49,490 bases of DNA from Methanoregulaceae archaeon (GTDB lineage: Archaea; Halobacteriota; Methanomicrobia; Methanomicrobiales; Methanospirillaceae): assembly GCA_028679315.1 (NCBI GenBank), contig JAJRBU010000006.1, forward strand, positions 1 to 49,490, read 5' to 3'. Position 1 is the stretch's first letter. Every line of letters starts with the position of its first letter. Shown in pieces: positions 14,259 to 24,636 of this stretch. The notes under the pieces were generated by a model. The model ran no database searches. It saw only the letters and a list, made by a program, of their open reading frames with translations, and had not been told where the DNA came from. A program made the position numbers and the translations under genes.

Positions 14259-16105
14259 AGGTCGGTCTTATCGGAAATCCAAACGTCGGCAAATCGGTCA
14301 TATTCCATCAGTTGACCGGCGTCGGCGTTGAAGTCAGTAATTACCCGGGGACCACGATCAACCGCCAGTACGGAACCACCTGTTTTCAGAAGGCAATCAT
14401 CGAATTCATCGACCTCCCCGGCACCTACTCCCTTGAAGGAGATTCTGAAGAAGAGAAGATTGTCAGGTCTTTTGTTGAGTCGGATGAGGCTGATGTCATC
14501 GTCGCAGTGCTCGATGCCGGGCGTCTTGAGCGAAACCTCTACCTTACCCTCCAGGTCTCAGAATACCGAAAACCGATGCTTGTCATCCTCAATATGATGG
14601 ATGAGGCAGAAAAATCCGGGATCCAGGTGGATACTGCCCAACTCTCATCCATTCTGGGTGTCGAAGTCATACCAACCGTTGCCATTCAGGGAAAAAATAC
14701 CGGCAGCATCATCCCTGCCATTCTTAGCTCATCCCGGGTCCCTGTCGTAAAGGTCCTCTACGATCACCATATCGAGGCTGCAATAAAAAGTCTGAAAACC
14801 ATCCATAATCTCGAATGGGTCGATGCGATCCATGCCCTGCAGGGCCAGGCAGAAGATGCTGATATACGGGAAGCGGCAACCGCCCTTTCAGAAGAGATCG
14901 AGCGTATGCACCGGATGACCGTCGCCCAGATTATCGCCGGAAACCGACATCACTGTGCAGAACACATTGCAAACGAGGTCGTTCATTTCCAATCTCCGGA
15001 GCGGGGTCCGGATATCGACCGGTTGCTGACCACCCGGATCCCGGGAATACCCATCCTTGCTGCAATTCTTATCGGAATTCTCCTCACGGTCTTTGTCATA
15101 GGTTCATGGCTGGAGGAGGCGATCGTAACCCTTATCAATACCTTTGTGATGCAGCCCTTTCTTGCTGCCGGGTTACCCCCGCTTGCTGAACAGCTTGGCG
15201 TCTCCCTCATCCTTGCTATCCAGGCCGGATTCGGGATCGCGTTCCCTTTTATCTTCACCTTTTATCTCTTTATCGCACTCCTCGAAGACTCCGGATATCT
15301 GACCAGGGCTGCTTTCCTTGCTGACCGGACCCTGCACCGCTTCGGGATGCATGGACAAGGGATAATCCCGCTGGTGCTCGGATTCGGATGTAACGTCCCT
15401 GCGATCATGAGCGTCAAGCTCCTCCGGACAAAACGGGAACGGCTGATCGCTTCATTCCTGGTAACTCTCGTTCCCTGCTCGGCCCGGACGGTGATAATCG
15501 CCGGCCTTGTTGCTGCATTTATCGGGCTTGCTGCAGCGATGAGCGTGTACCTGCTCGTCACCATCGTCATTCTTGCGACCGGGCTTATCCTCTCCCGAGT
15601 GACTCCGGGGGACCAGTATGGGATGATCCTCGAAATGAGCCCCCTCAGGAGACCAACCCTGAAAAATGTCCTTCTGAAATCCTGGCTGCGTATCAGGGAA
15701 TTCCTCCTTATCGCCATGCCCCTTCTCATCATCGCCAGTATCATTCTCGGTCTCTTCCAGTATTTTGGTCTCATGGCAGCATTCGAGGAATTTATTGCAC
15801 CGTTCTCTGAAACGGTGCTTGGTCTGCCTTCCTATGCCACTACAGCGCTCCTCTTCGGCATCCTGCGAAAAGAGATGGCCCTCGAGACCCTGATCATCCT
15901 TGCAGGAACCGCTGATCTCGGATCGGTCCTCACCATGGCACAGATCTACATCTTTGCTGTTGTCAGCGTTCTGTTTGTCCCCTGTATAGCCACCATCGCC
16001 GTACTGAAGAAGGAGATAGGGATCAGAATGGCACTTGTGATTTCGGCGTACACGCTTGTCGTAGGGCTTCTGGCAGGGGCAATCCTCAACATTCTGCTCT
16101 CATAA
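14255..16105 (+). CDS. feoB: Ferrous iron transporter FeoB
   Basis: The N-terminal G-domain has GNPNVGKS, DLPGTYSL and LNMMDEA. It is followed by a polytopic membrane domain with gate-motif-like segments. Confidence 0.92.
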   Translation: MKVGLIGNPNVGKSVIFHQLTGVGVEVSNYPGTTINRQYGTTCFQKAIIEFIDLPGTYSLEGDSEEEKIVRSFVESDEADVIVAVLDAGRLERNLYLTLQVSEYRKPMLVILNMMDEAEKSGIQVDTAQLSSILGVEVIPTVAIQGKNTGSIIPAILSSSRVPVVKVLYDHHIEAAIKSLKTIHNLEWVDAIHALQGQAEDADIREAATALSEEIERMHRMTVAQIIAGNRHHCAEHIANEVVHFQSPERGPDIDRLLTTRIPGIPILAAILIGILLTVFVIGSWLEEAIVTLINTFVMQPFLAAGLPPLAEQLGVSLILAIQAGFGIAFPFIFTFYLFIALLEDSGYLTRAAFLADRTLHRFGMHGQGIIPLVLGFGCNVPAIMSVKLLRTKRERLIASFLVTLVPCSARTVIIAGLVAAFIGLAAAMSVYLLVTIVILATGLILSRVTPGDQYGMILEMSPLRRPTLKNVLLKSWLRIREFLLIAMPLLIIASIILGLFQYFGLMAAFEEFIAPFSETVLGLPSYATTALLFGILRKEMALETLIILAGTADLGSVLTMAQIYIFAVVSVLFVPCIATIAVLKKEIGIRMALVISAYTLVVGLLAGAILNILLS

Positions 16106-16243
16106 AGAGGACCACAGGTCAACCTATAAAGCTTGACGACCATAATCGATAGGAATTGACCTGATTATACCCCGTGGGAACAGAATTGGTGCAGAACTGG
16201 ACTAATGACATATTCCCGAATTCACAGAGGTAAAGGAGTAAGT

Positions 16244-16993
16244 ATGCTCACATTCGTGGGATTGGGGCTCTTTGATCTGAAGGATATCTCGGTAAAAGGA
16301 CTGGACTGTATCAGGAATGCAGATACCGTCTGTCTCGAGGCATATACCTCACGGCTCTCCGGATGCACGCGTGAGGAGATGGAGAACATGTACGGAAAAG
16401 CGATCAAGGTTCTCTCCCGGCATGATCTCGAGGTAGATCCCGATCCGTTGCTCGAACAGGCGGCAACAGGGGAGGTGGTGCTGCTTGTAGGTGGCGATCC
16501 GATGGTTTCCACAACTCATATTGACCTTCGTATGAGGGCCAGGATGAAAGGGATCAGTACAAGGATAATTCATGGCTCATCGATATCGACAGCGGTATGT
16601 GGACTGACAGGCCTCCAGAACTACCGGTTTGGAAAGTCATGCTCACTCCCGTTCCCCCATGGAACATGGTTTCCCCTGACACCGATCAATGTCATATCGG
16701 AAAATATCCGTCAGGATCTCCATACCCTTGTATATCTTGACATACAGGATAACCGATCGATGACCATCACGGAGGCAGTGGCTCTTCTTGAAGAGATGGC
16801 GGAGAGAACCGGATTATGCATCGCGCTGTATGTGGGTGTTGCCCGGGCAGGATCTGATTCACCGGTTATCAGGGCTGGAGATGCCCGCACCCTGCTGTCG
16901 ACCGATTTCGGACCTCCCCTCCATATCCTTGCCATCCCTGCCTCTCTCCATATAATGGAACGCGAATACCTTGAATTATTCGGGGGGCTATGA
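16244..16993 (+). CDS. dphB: Diphthine synthase (tetrapyrrole-methylase fold)
   Basis: The N-terminus [36 protein letters not shown]...GDPMVSTTH is typical of Dph5/DphB. ATG at 16244 follows AAAGGAG. The track start at 16205 adds 13 residues. Confidence 0.85.
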   Translation: MLTFVGLGLFDLKDISVKGLDCIRNADTVCLEAYTSRLSGCTREEMENMYGKAIKVLSRHDLEVDPDPLLEQAATGEVVLLVGGDPMVSTTHIDLRMRARMKGISTRIIHGSSISTAVCGLTGLQNYRFGKSCSLPFPHGTWFPLTPINVISENIRQDLHTLVYLDIQDNRSMTITEAVALLEEMAERTGLCIALYVGVARAGSDSPVIRAGDARTLLSTDFGPPLHILAIPASLHIMEREYLELFGGL

Positions 16994-17562
16994 ACCAGGC
17001 TGACTGCAGGGAGGTCCTCATCCAGAGGAAGAACAGGATCAAGCCTTTCCCGGGAAAAGGAACCATCCTGTTTTCGTCTGCCGGTATATTCCATGAGATG
17101 ATCGATGCCTATCTCGCGGATGGCGACAGGTTCCGGTCAACCGGTGACCTGATGAATGCATATGCAAGTTACTGGTACGCGCTCGGCTGGCTGGATGCGG
17201 GAACCATCCTCGGCCTGATCTCCAGCCTTGATCCCGGCATTCAGCCTGATTTTTCCGGCGGCACACGACCTGATCCAGATACGATCCGGATGGATGAGAA
17301 GGCAACACGGTACCGCTCCCTTCTTGGAATGGCACTTGAAAGTCTCGATTTGGCTCCAGAGAGGGATGCTTCGCTTTTTGCCGCAGCTGAACAATTCATG
17401 GCAATCGCACGATCATGCCTCAATCGGGGCGTTTCTCTGGACCAGGAGAGTGAAAGAGCAGGGGCTCTTGCCGCATACAGCTATGGATTTGCCTGGCTTG
17501 ATGCCGGGGTCAGGTTCGGGCTCTTCAGGATTTTAAAGAACAGGGAATTATTTACGATATGA
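16990..17562 (+). CDS. DUF357-like archaeal protein with two tandem copies of the domain
   Basis: The two internal repeats are [25 protein letters not shown] and [25 protein letters not shown]. There is an ATGA overlap with the dphB stop. Confidence 0.6.
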   Translation: MNQADCREVLIQRKNRIKPFPGKGTILFSSAGIFHEMIDAYLADGDRFRSTGDLMNAYASYWYALGWLDAGTILGLISSLDPGIQPDFSGGTRPDPDTIRMDEKATRYRSLLGMALESLDLAPERDASLFAAAEQFMAIARSCLNRGVSLDQESERAGALAAYSYGFAWLDAGVRFGLFRILKNRELFTI

Positions 17563-17655
17563 AGAACCACGCCGGATTCTCTTCCTTAAAAGGTTTATAC
17601 AATGCGCAGTAACCACTAATGAATCGGCCATACCTCCAGGAGAAGAGTGGTATCA

Positions 17656-18675
17656 ATGGACAGGAACCAGAAGAGATGGTTATGGATCTCGCTTGGATTC
17701 TCTGCAGTGGTTCTGGTCGCTGTCCTGTATTTTACCGTTGATGCTGCAACGATCTCATATCTGCAGCAGCTCAATTTTTTTTGGCTCCTTCTCGCACTCT
17801 GCACTCATATTCTCGCTCTCTGTTTCTGGGCACTCCGGATCAAGTTCATGAGCCGCTCGCTTGGGTACAGGGTTGGCTTCTTTTACTCCCTCAATCTCGT
17901 ATTTGCCAATATGCTGCTTGCTGCGGTCACCCCCTCACAGGCAGGTGGTGAGCCCGTACGAATCCATGAGTTGTACAAGGCAAGGGTAAAAGTTGGCGAT
18001 GCCACCGCGATCGTGATCACGGAACGAATCCTTGACGGGATTGTCCTCGGTATAGGGGGTGCCTTTTTTATGTTCGTGCTGGGTAGCGAGTGGCGACGCA
18101 TCGGGTCCGTCTTCAGCTATCTTATGTATCTGTCGTGGATTATCATTACCATCATAGTCATCATCTTTATCTACTCGGTGAAAAATCCCGGTCTTTTAAA
18201 GAGGATCATCCATTATTCTTCCCGTTGGTTTACTCGGAAATGGGAGAACAGAAAGATCGAACGATTTGCCGAGTCCATCGACCGTGAAGTCGATAATTTC
18301 CACAATACACTTTCAGATTTTCTCAGCCATGGAAAATCAGGACTAGTCTTCGGCCTTGTGTTTACCGCTCTCTTCTGGTTCTGTGAGTTCGTGATCGTCT
18401 CATTCCTCTTAATAGGACTCTCCCAGCCACCAATATTTGTCGAATCACTCATCGTCCAGCTTGTCATCGCTGTGATCATGATGATCCCCCTTACCCCGGG
18501 TTCATCGGGAATCGCCGAGATCTCGTTCACTTCCCTGTATGGCCTCTTTGTGAACTCTTCGATCCTGGGAATACTGGTTGTACTCTGGCGATCGATACTC
18601 TTCTATTTCAACATCTTCCTCGGGCTCATCGCAAGTCTTCTCATCGTCCAGCGGGAAGCGCGTCAACCTGACTGA
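17656..18675 (+). CDS. Flippase-like / lysyl-PG-synthase-TM-region family (UPF0104) integral membrane protein
   Basis: The ORF has about 8 hydrophobic segments and a conserved-looking TPSQAGGEPVR motif. ATG at 17656 lies 9 nt downstream of the GTG at 17647 in the track. Confidence 0.65.
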   Translation: MDRNQKRWLWISLGFSAVVLVAVLYFTVDAATISYLQQLNFFWLLLALCTHILALCFWALRIKFMSRSLGYRVGFFYSLNLVFANMLLAAVTPSQAGGEPVRIHELYKARVKVGDATAIVITERILDGIVLGIGGAFFMFVLGSEWRRIGSVFSYLMYLSWIIITIIVIIFIYSVKNPGLLKRIIHYSSRWFTRKWENRKIERFAESIDREVDNFHNTLSDFLSHGKSGLVFGLVFTALFWFCEFVIVSFLLIGLSQPPIFVESLIVQLVIAVIMMIPLTPGSSGIAEISFTSLYGLFVNSSILGILVVLWRSILFYFNIFLGLIASLLIVQREARQPD

Positions 18676-18716
18676 ACAAACCTTTTTTACGCCATGCACC
18701 AATCATCCCTGCAGTC

Positions 18717-19169
18717 ATGCCAGCGGTTCCATGCAGGGTGAAAGGAGTATTTGTCGCCAAAAATGCTCTGGGTGTCTCCCCGGCAGTCATATTGTCGGCC
18801 GAAAACGAGACCTGCCTTCCCATATACATTGGTCTTTTTGAAGCAATGTCCATCCATTCGGCCCTCAACAACGAGATCCCGCCACGTCCCCTCACCCATG
18901 ATCTCTTTGTCGAATTGTTAAAGCAGTTCGACGTCTCACTCAAAGCTCTTGTCATCGATTCTCTTGAAGAGGGGGTTTACTATGCCACCATGGTCCTTCT
19001 CAGGGATCATCATGAGCTGAAGATTGACTGCAGACCGAGCGATGGGATTGCCATAGGGATACGCTGCCAGGCCGGAATTATGGTCGAGGAAGAGGTCATC
19101 CGGCAGTCGGCTGTTGAGGCAGGCGACCTGCCGGAAATCGTGGATATCAGTTCATATCTTGCAGGATAA
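18717..19169 (+). CDS. Bifunctional nuclease (BFN/DUF151) family protein
   Basis: The segment SPAVILSAENETCLPIYIGLFEAMSIHSALNNEIPPRPLTHDLFVELL matches the BFN-domain core pattern (PI.IG..EA..I......RP.THDL). Confidence 0.7.
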   Translation: MPAVPCRVKGVFVAKNALGVSPAVILSAENETCLPIYIGLFEAMSIHSALNNEIPPRPLTHDLFVELLKQFDVSLKALVIDSLEEGVYYATMVLLRDHHELKIDCRPSDGIAIGIRCQAGIMVEEEVIRQSAVEAGDLPEIVDISSYLAG

Positions 19170-19172
19170 CCA

Positions 19173-19466
19173 TTATTTTCTGCGTGAGGAGAGCTCATCC
19201 ATCACGTCCTGAAAGGTGACCCCGGATGCTCGCAGGGCGATCAGGAGGTGGAACTGCAGATCTGCTGCTTCAGAGATTATCCGTGACCGGTTTTTGTTTT
19301 TCGCTGCGATGATGAACTCTGTTGCTTCCTCACCGACCTTTTCGAGAGTTTTGTCCGAACCTTTCTCAGTCGAAATGAGGTTCGAGACATAGGACGTGGA
19401 TGACGGATGATCGAAACGGTCATTGATCACGTTCCAGAGATCTTCAAGAATGTCTGATGTGGTCAT
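19173..19466 (-). CDS. hisE: Phosphoribosyl-ATP pyrophosphohydrolase
   Basis: The ORF is 97 aa. It carries SYVSNLIS...DKTLEKVGEEATEFIIAAKN...EAADLQFHLLIAL, the HisE/MazG-type helical motif. Confidence 0.8.
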   Translation of the reverse strand: MTTSDILEDLWNVINDRFDHPSSTSYVSNLISTEKGSDKTLEKVGEEATEFIIAAKNKNRSRIISEAADLQFHLLIALRASGVTFQDVMDELSSRRK

Positions 19467-19909
19467 TGCGTATCATCACTGATCCTGATCTCTCCAAGTT
19501 CAGACCCCCAGAACTTTCGCATGAGTAGTCGTGCCTTCTCAATATTCGCACCCTTTTTCCCGATTGCGGTCCCGAGATCGCTCTTTTTCTGTATGGTAAC
19601 GAGCAGTGCCCCGGTAGCCGGGTCCTTTTCGATAGAATGGATCTCAACCGGGCGAAAGATATTTGCGAGGAATTCCTGGAGATCTTCCGCATATTCCACC
19701 ATCTCGATCCGCTTTCCGAGCACGCTCTGCATTCTCCGGATATTCTCACCTTTTTTTCCTATTGCAAGACCCATATCGCCCTTTTTTATCACGTAGATGA
19801 TCCGTTCGAACCTTTCATCGATAACACAGTCCAGAGCGGTCGCTTTCGTCAGGATCCGGAGTTCTTCGATGTATCGTCGCTCTTTAAAGCCGATATTCCG
19901 TTCCATCAT
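19463..19909 (-). CDS. nusA: Archaeal NusA-like KH-domain protein
   Basis: Two KH GxxG motifs are present (GLAIGKKGENIRRMQ and GTAIGKKGANIEKAR). The size is ~148 aa. It overlaps hisE by 4 nt. Confidence 0.8.
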   Translation of the reverse strand: MMERNIGFKERRYIEELRILTKATALDCVIDERFERIIYVIKKGDMGLAIGKKGENIRRMQSVLGKRIEMVEYAEDLQEFLANIFRPVEIHSIEKDPATGALLVTIQKKSDLGTAIGKKGANIEKARLLMRKFWGSELGEIRISDDTQ

Positions 19910-20294
19910 CAGAATCCTTCATAGTGTATACAGGGGGCATGATTAAAGGTATTTCCGCTTCATCTTCCAAGGTATCTCCTGGGCATAAAAAATGTTCAGG
20001 GTATTTCCAGGATTTTAAAAGGTCAACGGTATCAATACAATCCAGCAGATCCATCACACAATGAGGTACCCTGATTGCTTGTCAGAAGACGCCAAGACTC
20101 CGATCTAAAATCCTATTGTTAGCCATGAATTGATCAATGGAAGGTCCATGTTTCCCATACCCTTCTGCCGGCCGAATCATGACGCTCCGGCAAATGAATG
20201 AGGTGAGATAGTGACACGACTATGATTGCGATGTATTGTTGGGAGAATTGAGAAAAATCTGGTTTTATAACCATTAAAAAATGGTGAGAGAAGA

Positions 20295-21032
20295 TTACTC
20301 GATCAGATAGGAGATCGATACCTGCGCTGTTACCTTAATTTGCCCGGCTTCAATCGGGGTCGGGACTGATGCAGATTTCATCTCTGCTGCACCGCTGTAC
20401 CGGTTATCGTACGCAACCGGTACATAGACCGATCCGACCATGACTGATTTCACCCCTGTTATGGTAACACCAGTCGCCGCCGCAGTCACGTCCGCATCAG
20501 AGCGGGCATTTGCAACGGCCTGGGTCAGGACCTGTGCCCGGAGCGACTTCTCCTTTTCCGGAGACAGGGAGAATCCAACAGAATTGACCTGGTTTGCACC
20601 GTTCTTCACGGCAGTATCGATGATCTCCCCCGTCCTTGTGACATCCCGTACGGTCACCTGGATCAGGCTGGTAACCTGGTAGTACTTGATCTTTCCCCCG
20701 AAGGGACGGGTCTCGTCATCGTATACCGGGTAGATGTTGTAACTTACCGTCTGTATATCCTGCCGGGGGATTCCTGCATCGAGCAGAGAAGTGATGAGGT
20801 CGTCCATGATCATGGCGTTCTCTTCCTGTGCCGTTTTGACATCCGCATTCTCGGTCTGGACACCGAGCGTCACAAGAGCGATATCCGGAGCAGTCGTTAC
20901 TTCCCCAGTCCCGGATACGGTGATGAGGTTTTCAGGGCACGCTGCAGGATCAGCAGCAATGACAGCCCCCGGCAGCAGGGCAAGGATTACCACAACGAGC
21001 ACCGGGATGAGTTTCCATGTTTTTTCTTGCAT
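20295..21032 (-). CDS. SIMPL/DUF541-domain secreted protein
   Basis: ATG at 21032 gives the signal peptide MQEKTWKLIPVLVVVILALLPGAVIA. The SIMPL-like core is ITVSGTGEVTTAPDIALVTLGVQTENADVKTAQEENA...GQIKVTAQVSISY. Confidence 0.75.
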   Translation of the reverse strand: MQEKTWKLIPVLVVVILALLPGAVIAADPAACPENLITVSGTGEVTTAPDIALVTLGVQTENADVKTAQEENAMIMDDLITSLLDAGIPRQDIQTVSYNIYPVYDDETRPFGGKIKYYQVTSLIQVTVRDVTRTGEIIDTAVKNGANQVNSVGFSLSPEKEKSLRAQVLTQAVANARSDADVTAAATGVTITGVKSVMVGSVYVPVAYDNRYSGAAEMKSASVPTPIEAGQIKVTAQVSISYLIE

Positions 21033-21191
21033 CGTAGTACACCACTTCAGAAATTCAAAGGGAGGATTCAAATAATTTTCTTTTAATGCGAATAATTTCG
21101 CAGTAACCGGGAAAACCGGTCTGCGGGTGTTCTGGATTTTCAGGCCACAATCTCCATATCCCTTCATGCTCCATTGATACTGGGAACCCTT

Positions 21192-22442
21192 ATGGGAGCA
21201 ACCATCGTAGAGAAAATTTTCTCGTCAAAATGTGGCCAATCGGTCAGGGCTGGGGAAGTAGTGATGGCACCCGTGGATGGTGCGATGATCCATGATATCA
21301 CGGGACCACTTGCGATACAGAATTTCTTCGAAATGGGAGGAAAACAGGTGTTTGATCCGGAGAAAATTATCCTCCTCTTCGACCACCAGATCCCTGCTGA
21401 TTCTCTTGCCGCGGCAGAAAACCATGTCTTTATGAGAGAGTTTGCACGGCACCAGGGGATTTTTAATTACGACATCAGAGAAGGGATCTGCCACCAGGTT
21501 GTTCTCGAGAAGGGCCGGGCAGGTCCGGGTGAGATTATCGTAGGGGCCGACTCCCATACCTGCATGTACGGTGCAGCCGGTGCATTTGCTACGGGCATCG
21601 GGTCCACTGATATGGGATTCGTGCTCAAGTTTGGATCTCTCTACTTCCGGGTGCCCGAGACGATACAGGCCGAGGTCTCCGGGACATTCCCCAGGCGGGT
21701 TGGTCCCAAAGATCTCATCCTCTCGATTGCAAAGGATATCGGAGCCGATGGTGCAACCTACCAGGCTATCGAATTTACCGGGGAGACCTTCTCATCGATG
21801 CCGATGCACGGGAGGATGACCTGCTGCAACATGGCGATAGAGGTAGGTGCAAAGGCCGGTATCGTCCCCCCTGATGAGATTACCTACGAATATATGCGGA
21901 GCAGGGGGCGATCATACGAGGTTTCAATAGCCAGTGATCCCGATGCACAGTATGCCCATCGGAAAAGGTATGACGTTACCGATCTCTCTCCTCAGGTTGC
22001 CATCCCGCACAACGTCGATCTTGCACGAGATGTCACGGAGGTCGCCGGGACCAGGGTAGACCAGGTGTTTATCGGGTCCTGCACGAATGGCAGATTCGAA
22101 GACCTGGCAGAAGCGGCAGAAGTGATGGGGAATACGCAATTCGATGAGTCAACCCGTGTTATCATAATCCCTGCCTCGCGGGACGAATACCTCAAAGCGC
22201 TGCAGGCTGGCCTGATTGAACGGTTTGTGAGGGCCGGGGCACTGGTGGAAGCCCCCTGTTGCGGTCCCTGCATGGGGGGTGCCTTCGGGCTGCTCGCCCC
22301 AGGCGAGGTATCCCTCTCGACCTCGAACCGGAACTTCCGGGGAAGGCAGGGGAGTGTTGACGCTTCGGTGTATCTCTGCTCACCGGCAACGGCTGCCGCA
22401 AGTGCCCTCTATGGGGAGATAACCGATCCAAGGGGGGTATGA
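21192..22442 (+). CDS. leuC: 3-isopropylmalate dehydratase (aconitase-family) large subunit
   Basis: Aconitase-family motifs are VGADSHT, GSCTNGR and the cluster Cys CCGPCMG. The assignment as LeuC rather than HacA rests on the partner subunit's YLVY loop. ATG at 21192; the track start at 21174 is TTG. Confidence 0.8.
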   Translation: MGATIVEKIFSSKCGQSVRAGEVVMAPVDGAMIHDITGPLAIQNFFEMGGKQVFDPEKIILLFDHQIPADSLAAAENHVFMREFARHQGIFNYDIREGICHQVVLEKGRAGPGEIIVGADSHTCMYGAAGAFATGIGSTDMGFVLKFGSLYFRVPETIQAEVSGTFPRRVGPKDLILSIAKDIGADGATYQAIEFTGETFSSMPMHGRMTCCNMAIEVGAKAGIVPPDEITYEYMRSRGRSYEVSIASDPDAQYAHRKRYDVTDLSPQVAIPHNVDLARDVTEVAGTRVDQVFIGSCTNGRFEDLAEAAEVMGNTQFDESTRVIIIPASRDEYLKALQAGLIERFVRAGALVEAPCCGPCMGGAFGLLAPGEVSLSTSNRNFRGRQGSVDASVYLCSPATAAASALYGEITDPRGV

Positions 22443-22942
22443 CCATGAGAACCTGGAAGTTTGGCGACAACATTGATACGGATGCCATCATCCCCGGCCG
22501 GTACCTGGTCTACAATGATCCCGCGGTGCTCGCTTCCCATGCATTCGAGGGGACACGAAATGACTTTGCGAAAGGAGTTACTCCGGGGGATATCATCATC
22601 GGAGGGCGGAATTTCGGGTGCGGATCATCGCGGGAGCATGCTCCCCTGGCACTGGCCGGGGCCGGGATACGGTATGTGGTCGCAGCATCATTTGCCCGGA
22701 TATTTTATAGGAATGCGGTGAACGTGGGGCTTCTCCCCCTGGTATGCCCTGAATCAGAAGCAATCCCCGATGGTGAAGAGTGCAGCGTGGATCTTGAAAC
22801 GAGGGTAATTACCTGCAGGGGAAGGACCTATCCCTTCGAGCCAGTCCCCGACTTCCTGCTCCGGATCGCTGATGCAGGGGGTCTTATCGCCTTCGCCAGA
22901 AACCTTGAGAGGGTGGAGACATGTACCGGGTCGCAGCAATAG
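22439..22942 (+). CDS. leuD: 3-isopropylmalate dehydratase small subunit
   Basis: The N-terminal segment is [19 protein letters not shown], followed by [15 protein letters not shown]. The gene overlaps leuC by 4 nt. Confidence 0.8.
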   Translation: MTMRTWKFGDNIDTDAIIPGRYLVYNDPAVLASHAFEGTRNDFAKGVTPGDIIIGGRNFGCGSSREHAPLALAGAGIRYVVAASFARIFYRNAVNVGLLPLVCPESEAIPDGEECSVDLETRVITCRGRTYPFEPVPDFLLRIADAGGLIAFARNLERVETCTGSQQ

Positions 22943-24036
22943 GAGGAGACGGGATCGGCCCCGAGATCATCGCGGAAGGGCGGAAAGTGCTCGATGCGGC
23001 CGGAGAGCGTTATGGTTTTGACTTTGCCTGGGACGAGTTTGATATCGGTGCAGACCGGTATCTCCGGAGCGGCGAGCTGGTCACCGAGGAAGAACTGAAG
23101 GAGCTCTCCCACTACCGTGCCATCTATTTTGGTGCGATCGGGGACCCACGTGTTCCCCCGGGGATCCTCGAAAAAGGGATCCTCCTCCACCTGCGGTTTT
23201 ATTTCGACCTCTACATCAATCTGAGACCAATCAGGCTGCTTTCGGGTGTACCGACTCCTCTTGCAGGAAAGGGGCCTTCCGATATCGATTTCATGGTGGT
23301 CAGGGAGAATACCGAGGACTTCTATGTCGGGATCGGTTCCCGTTTCCACGGGAGCGAAAAGAAGACCCTCACTGTCGAACGGGAACTCTATCATGTAACG
23401 TTCAACCTCGACATTGAGTCCGATGCTGATGAACTGGCCTACCAGGTTGGGGTGATCACCCGCGAAGGAGCAGAACGGGTGATATCATATGCCTTTGACC
23501 TTGCCAGCCAGCGAAAGAAGAAAGTGACATCGGTTGACAAGGCCAATGTCCTCTCCGATATTTACGGGCTCTGGAGGGAGGTATTTGCCGAGGTTGCTGC
23601 CAGAAATCCTGGAATTTCAACCGAATTCAATTTCGTCGATGCAGTCACTATGTGGTTTGTGAAAAATCCCGAATGGTTTGACGTGGTGGTCACGCCGAAC
23701 ATGTTCGGTGATATTATCACCGACCTTGGGGCAATGATACAGGGAGGCCTTGGACTGGCACCAGGAGCCAATATCAACCCGGGCGGGACTTCGATGTTCG
23801 AGCCGATCCATGGATCGGCACCAAAATACAGGAATCTGAATGTTGCCAATCCAATCGCAACGATCTGGGCCGGTTCGATGCTCCTTGATCATCTGGGGGA
23901 GCATGAGGCAGCGGCTGCCATACTGAAAGCGATCGAGCGATCGATCTCTGATGGGATTGTTACCAGAGATATGGGAGGGAAGGCTAGTACTTCCGATGTT
24001 GGTGATCATCTCACAACTATTATTCTGAAAGGCTGA
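22921..24036 (+). CDS. leuB: 3-isopropylmalate dehydrogenase (isocitrate/isopropylmalate dehydrogenase family)
   Basis: Family motifs are [35 protein letters not shown] and GSAP. It is contiguous with leuCD. Confidence 0.8.
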   Translation: MYRVAAIGGDGIGPEIIAEGRKVLDAAGERYGFDFAWDEFDIGADRYLRSGELVTEEELKELSHYRAIYFGAIGDPRVPPGILEKGILLHLRFYFDLYINLRPIRLLSGVPTPLAGKGPSDIDFMVVRENTEDFYVGIGSRFHGSEKKTLTVERELYHVTFNLDIESDADELAYQVGVITREGAERVISYAFDLASQRKKKVTSVDKANVLSDIYGLWREVFAEVAARNPGISTEFNFVDAVTMWFVKNPEWFDVVVTPNMFGDIITDLGAMIQGGLGLAPGANINPGGTSMFEPIHGSAPKYRNLNVANPIATIWAGSMLLDHLGEHEAAAAILKAIERSISDGIVTRDMGGKASTSDVGDHLTTIILKG

Positions 24037-24042
24037 ACGAAC

Positions 24043-24486
24043 TCAGGCCGGGAGGGCACCCCTGGTGGATCCCTCTCGTGCAGAAAGCGGACCGTAATCG
24101 GTTATCTTCCTGTTTCGCACGATGGTGCCCGCCATACTTACCGGGAGCGCTGCTACCGAAGCATACCGTTCCCGGGAACAGAGTACTGCATGGAGTGAGT
24201 CGAGCGACACGGTGAATCGTTCACCATTCGCAAGTTCAATGTTGAGGGCTTTTCCCGATTTTGATATCCGAGCATAGCCTGCACTTCGTCCGATATAGGC
24301 CATCCAGTTCCGCTGAATCCGCTCAACACTCACAGAAACACCGGATCGGAGAGCTGTCCGGAGTGCATTGATGCGGATGCAGAGCTTTGTGCCATACAGA
24401 TACAGCTCGAGAATATCCTGCGGTATTCCCTCTTCATCAAGGACAGGCCGACGATTTAACTGCAGGTATCCTGCATTCTTCATCAT
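24043..24486 (-). CDS. Hypothetical protein (147 aa), no recognisable motif
   Basis: It is the only long ORF in this interval. A TATA-like element (minus-strand tttatatatcc, ~24520-24532) lies about 40 bp upstream. It sits immediately downstream of the nitrogenase-like operon on the same strand. Confidence 0.45.
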   Translation of the reverse strand: MMKNAGYLQLNRRPVLDEEGIPQDILELYLYGTKLCIRINALRTALRSGVSVSVERIQRNWMAYIGRSAGYARISKSGKALNIELANGERFTVSLDSLHAVLCSRERYASVAALPVSMAGTIVRNRKITDYGPLSAREGSTRGALPA

Positions 24487-24636
24487 GGTTCCCGACTCTT
24501 CCCGGTAGATACGTCGAAACCATGGATATATAAACGTTCAATCTGCGCGGGGCGAAAGTGACCATTGTAGAGAATCCCGGATCCCGGCAGGGAGGACTGT
24601 ATTTTGGTGCCAACCGTATACCATGATCCCTGGTAT

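Noticed and set aside
21192-24036. Assignment as coenzyme B biosynthesis genes hacA/hacB/aksF
   Set aside because: The small-subunit specificity loop reads YLVY, the isopropylmalate isomerase type. The genes are therefore called leuCDB.
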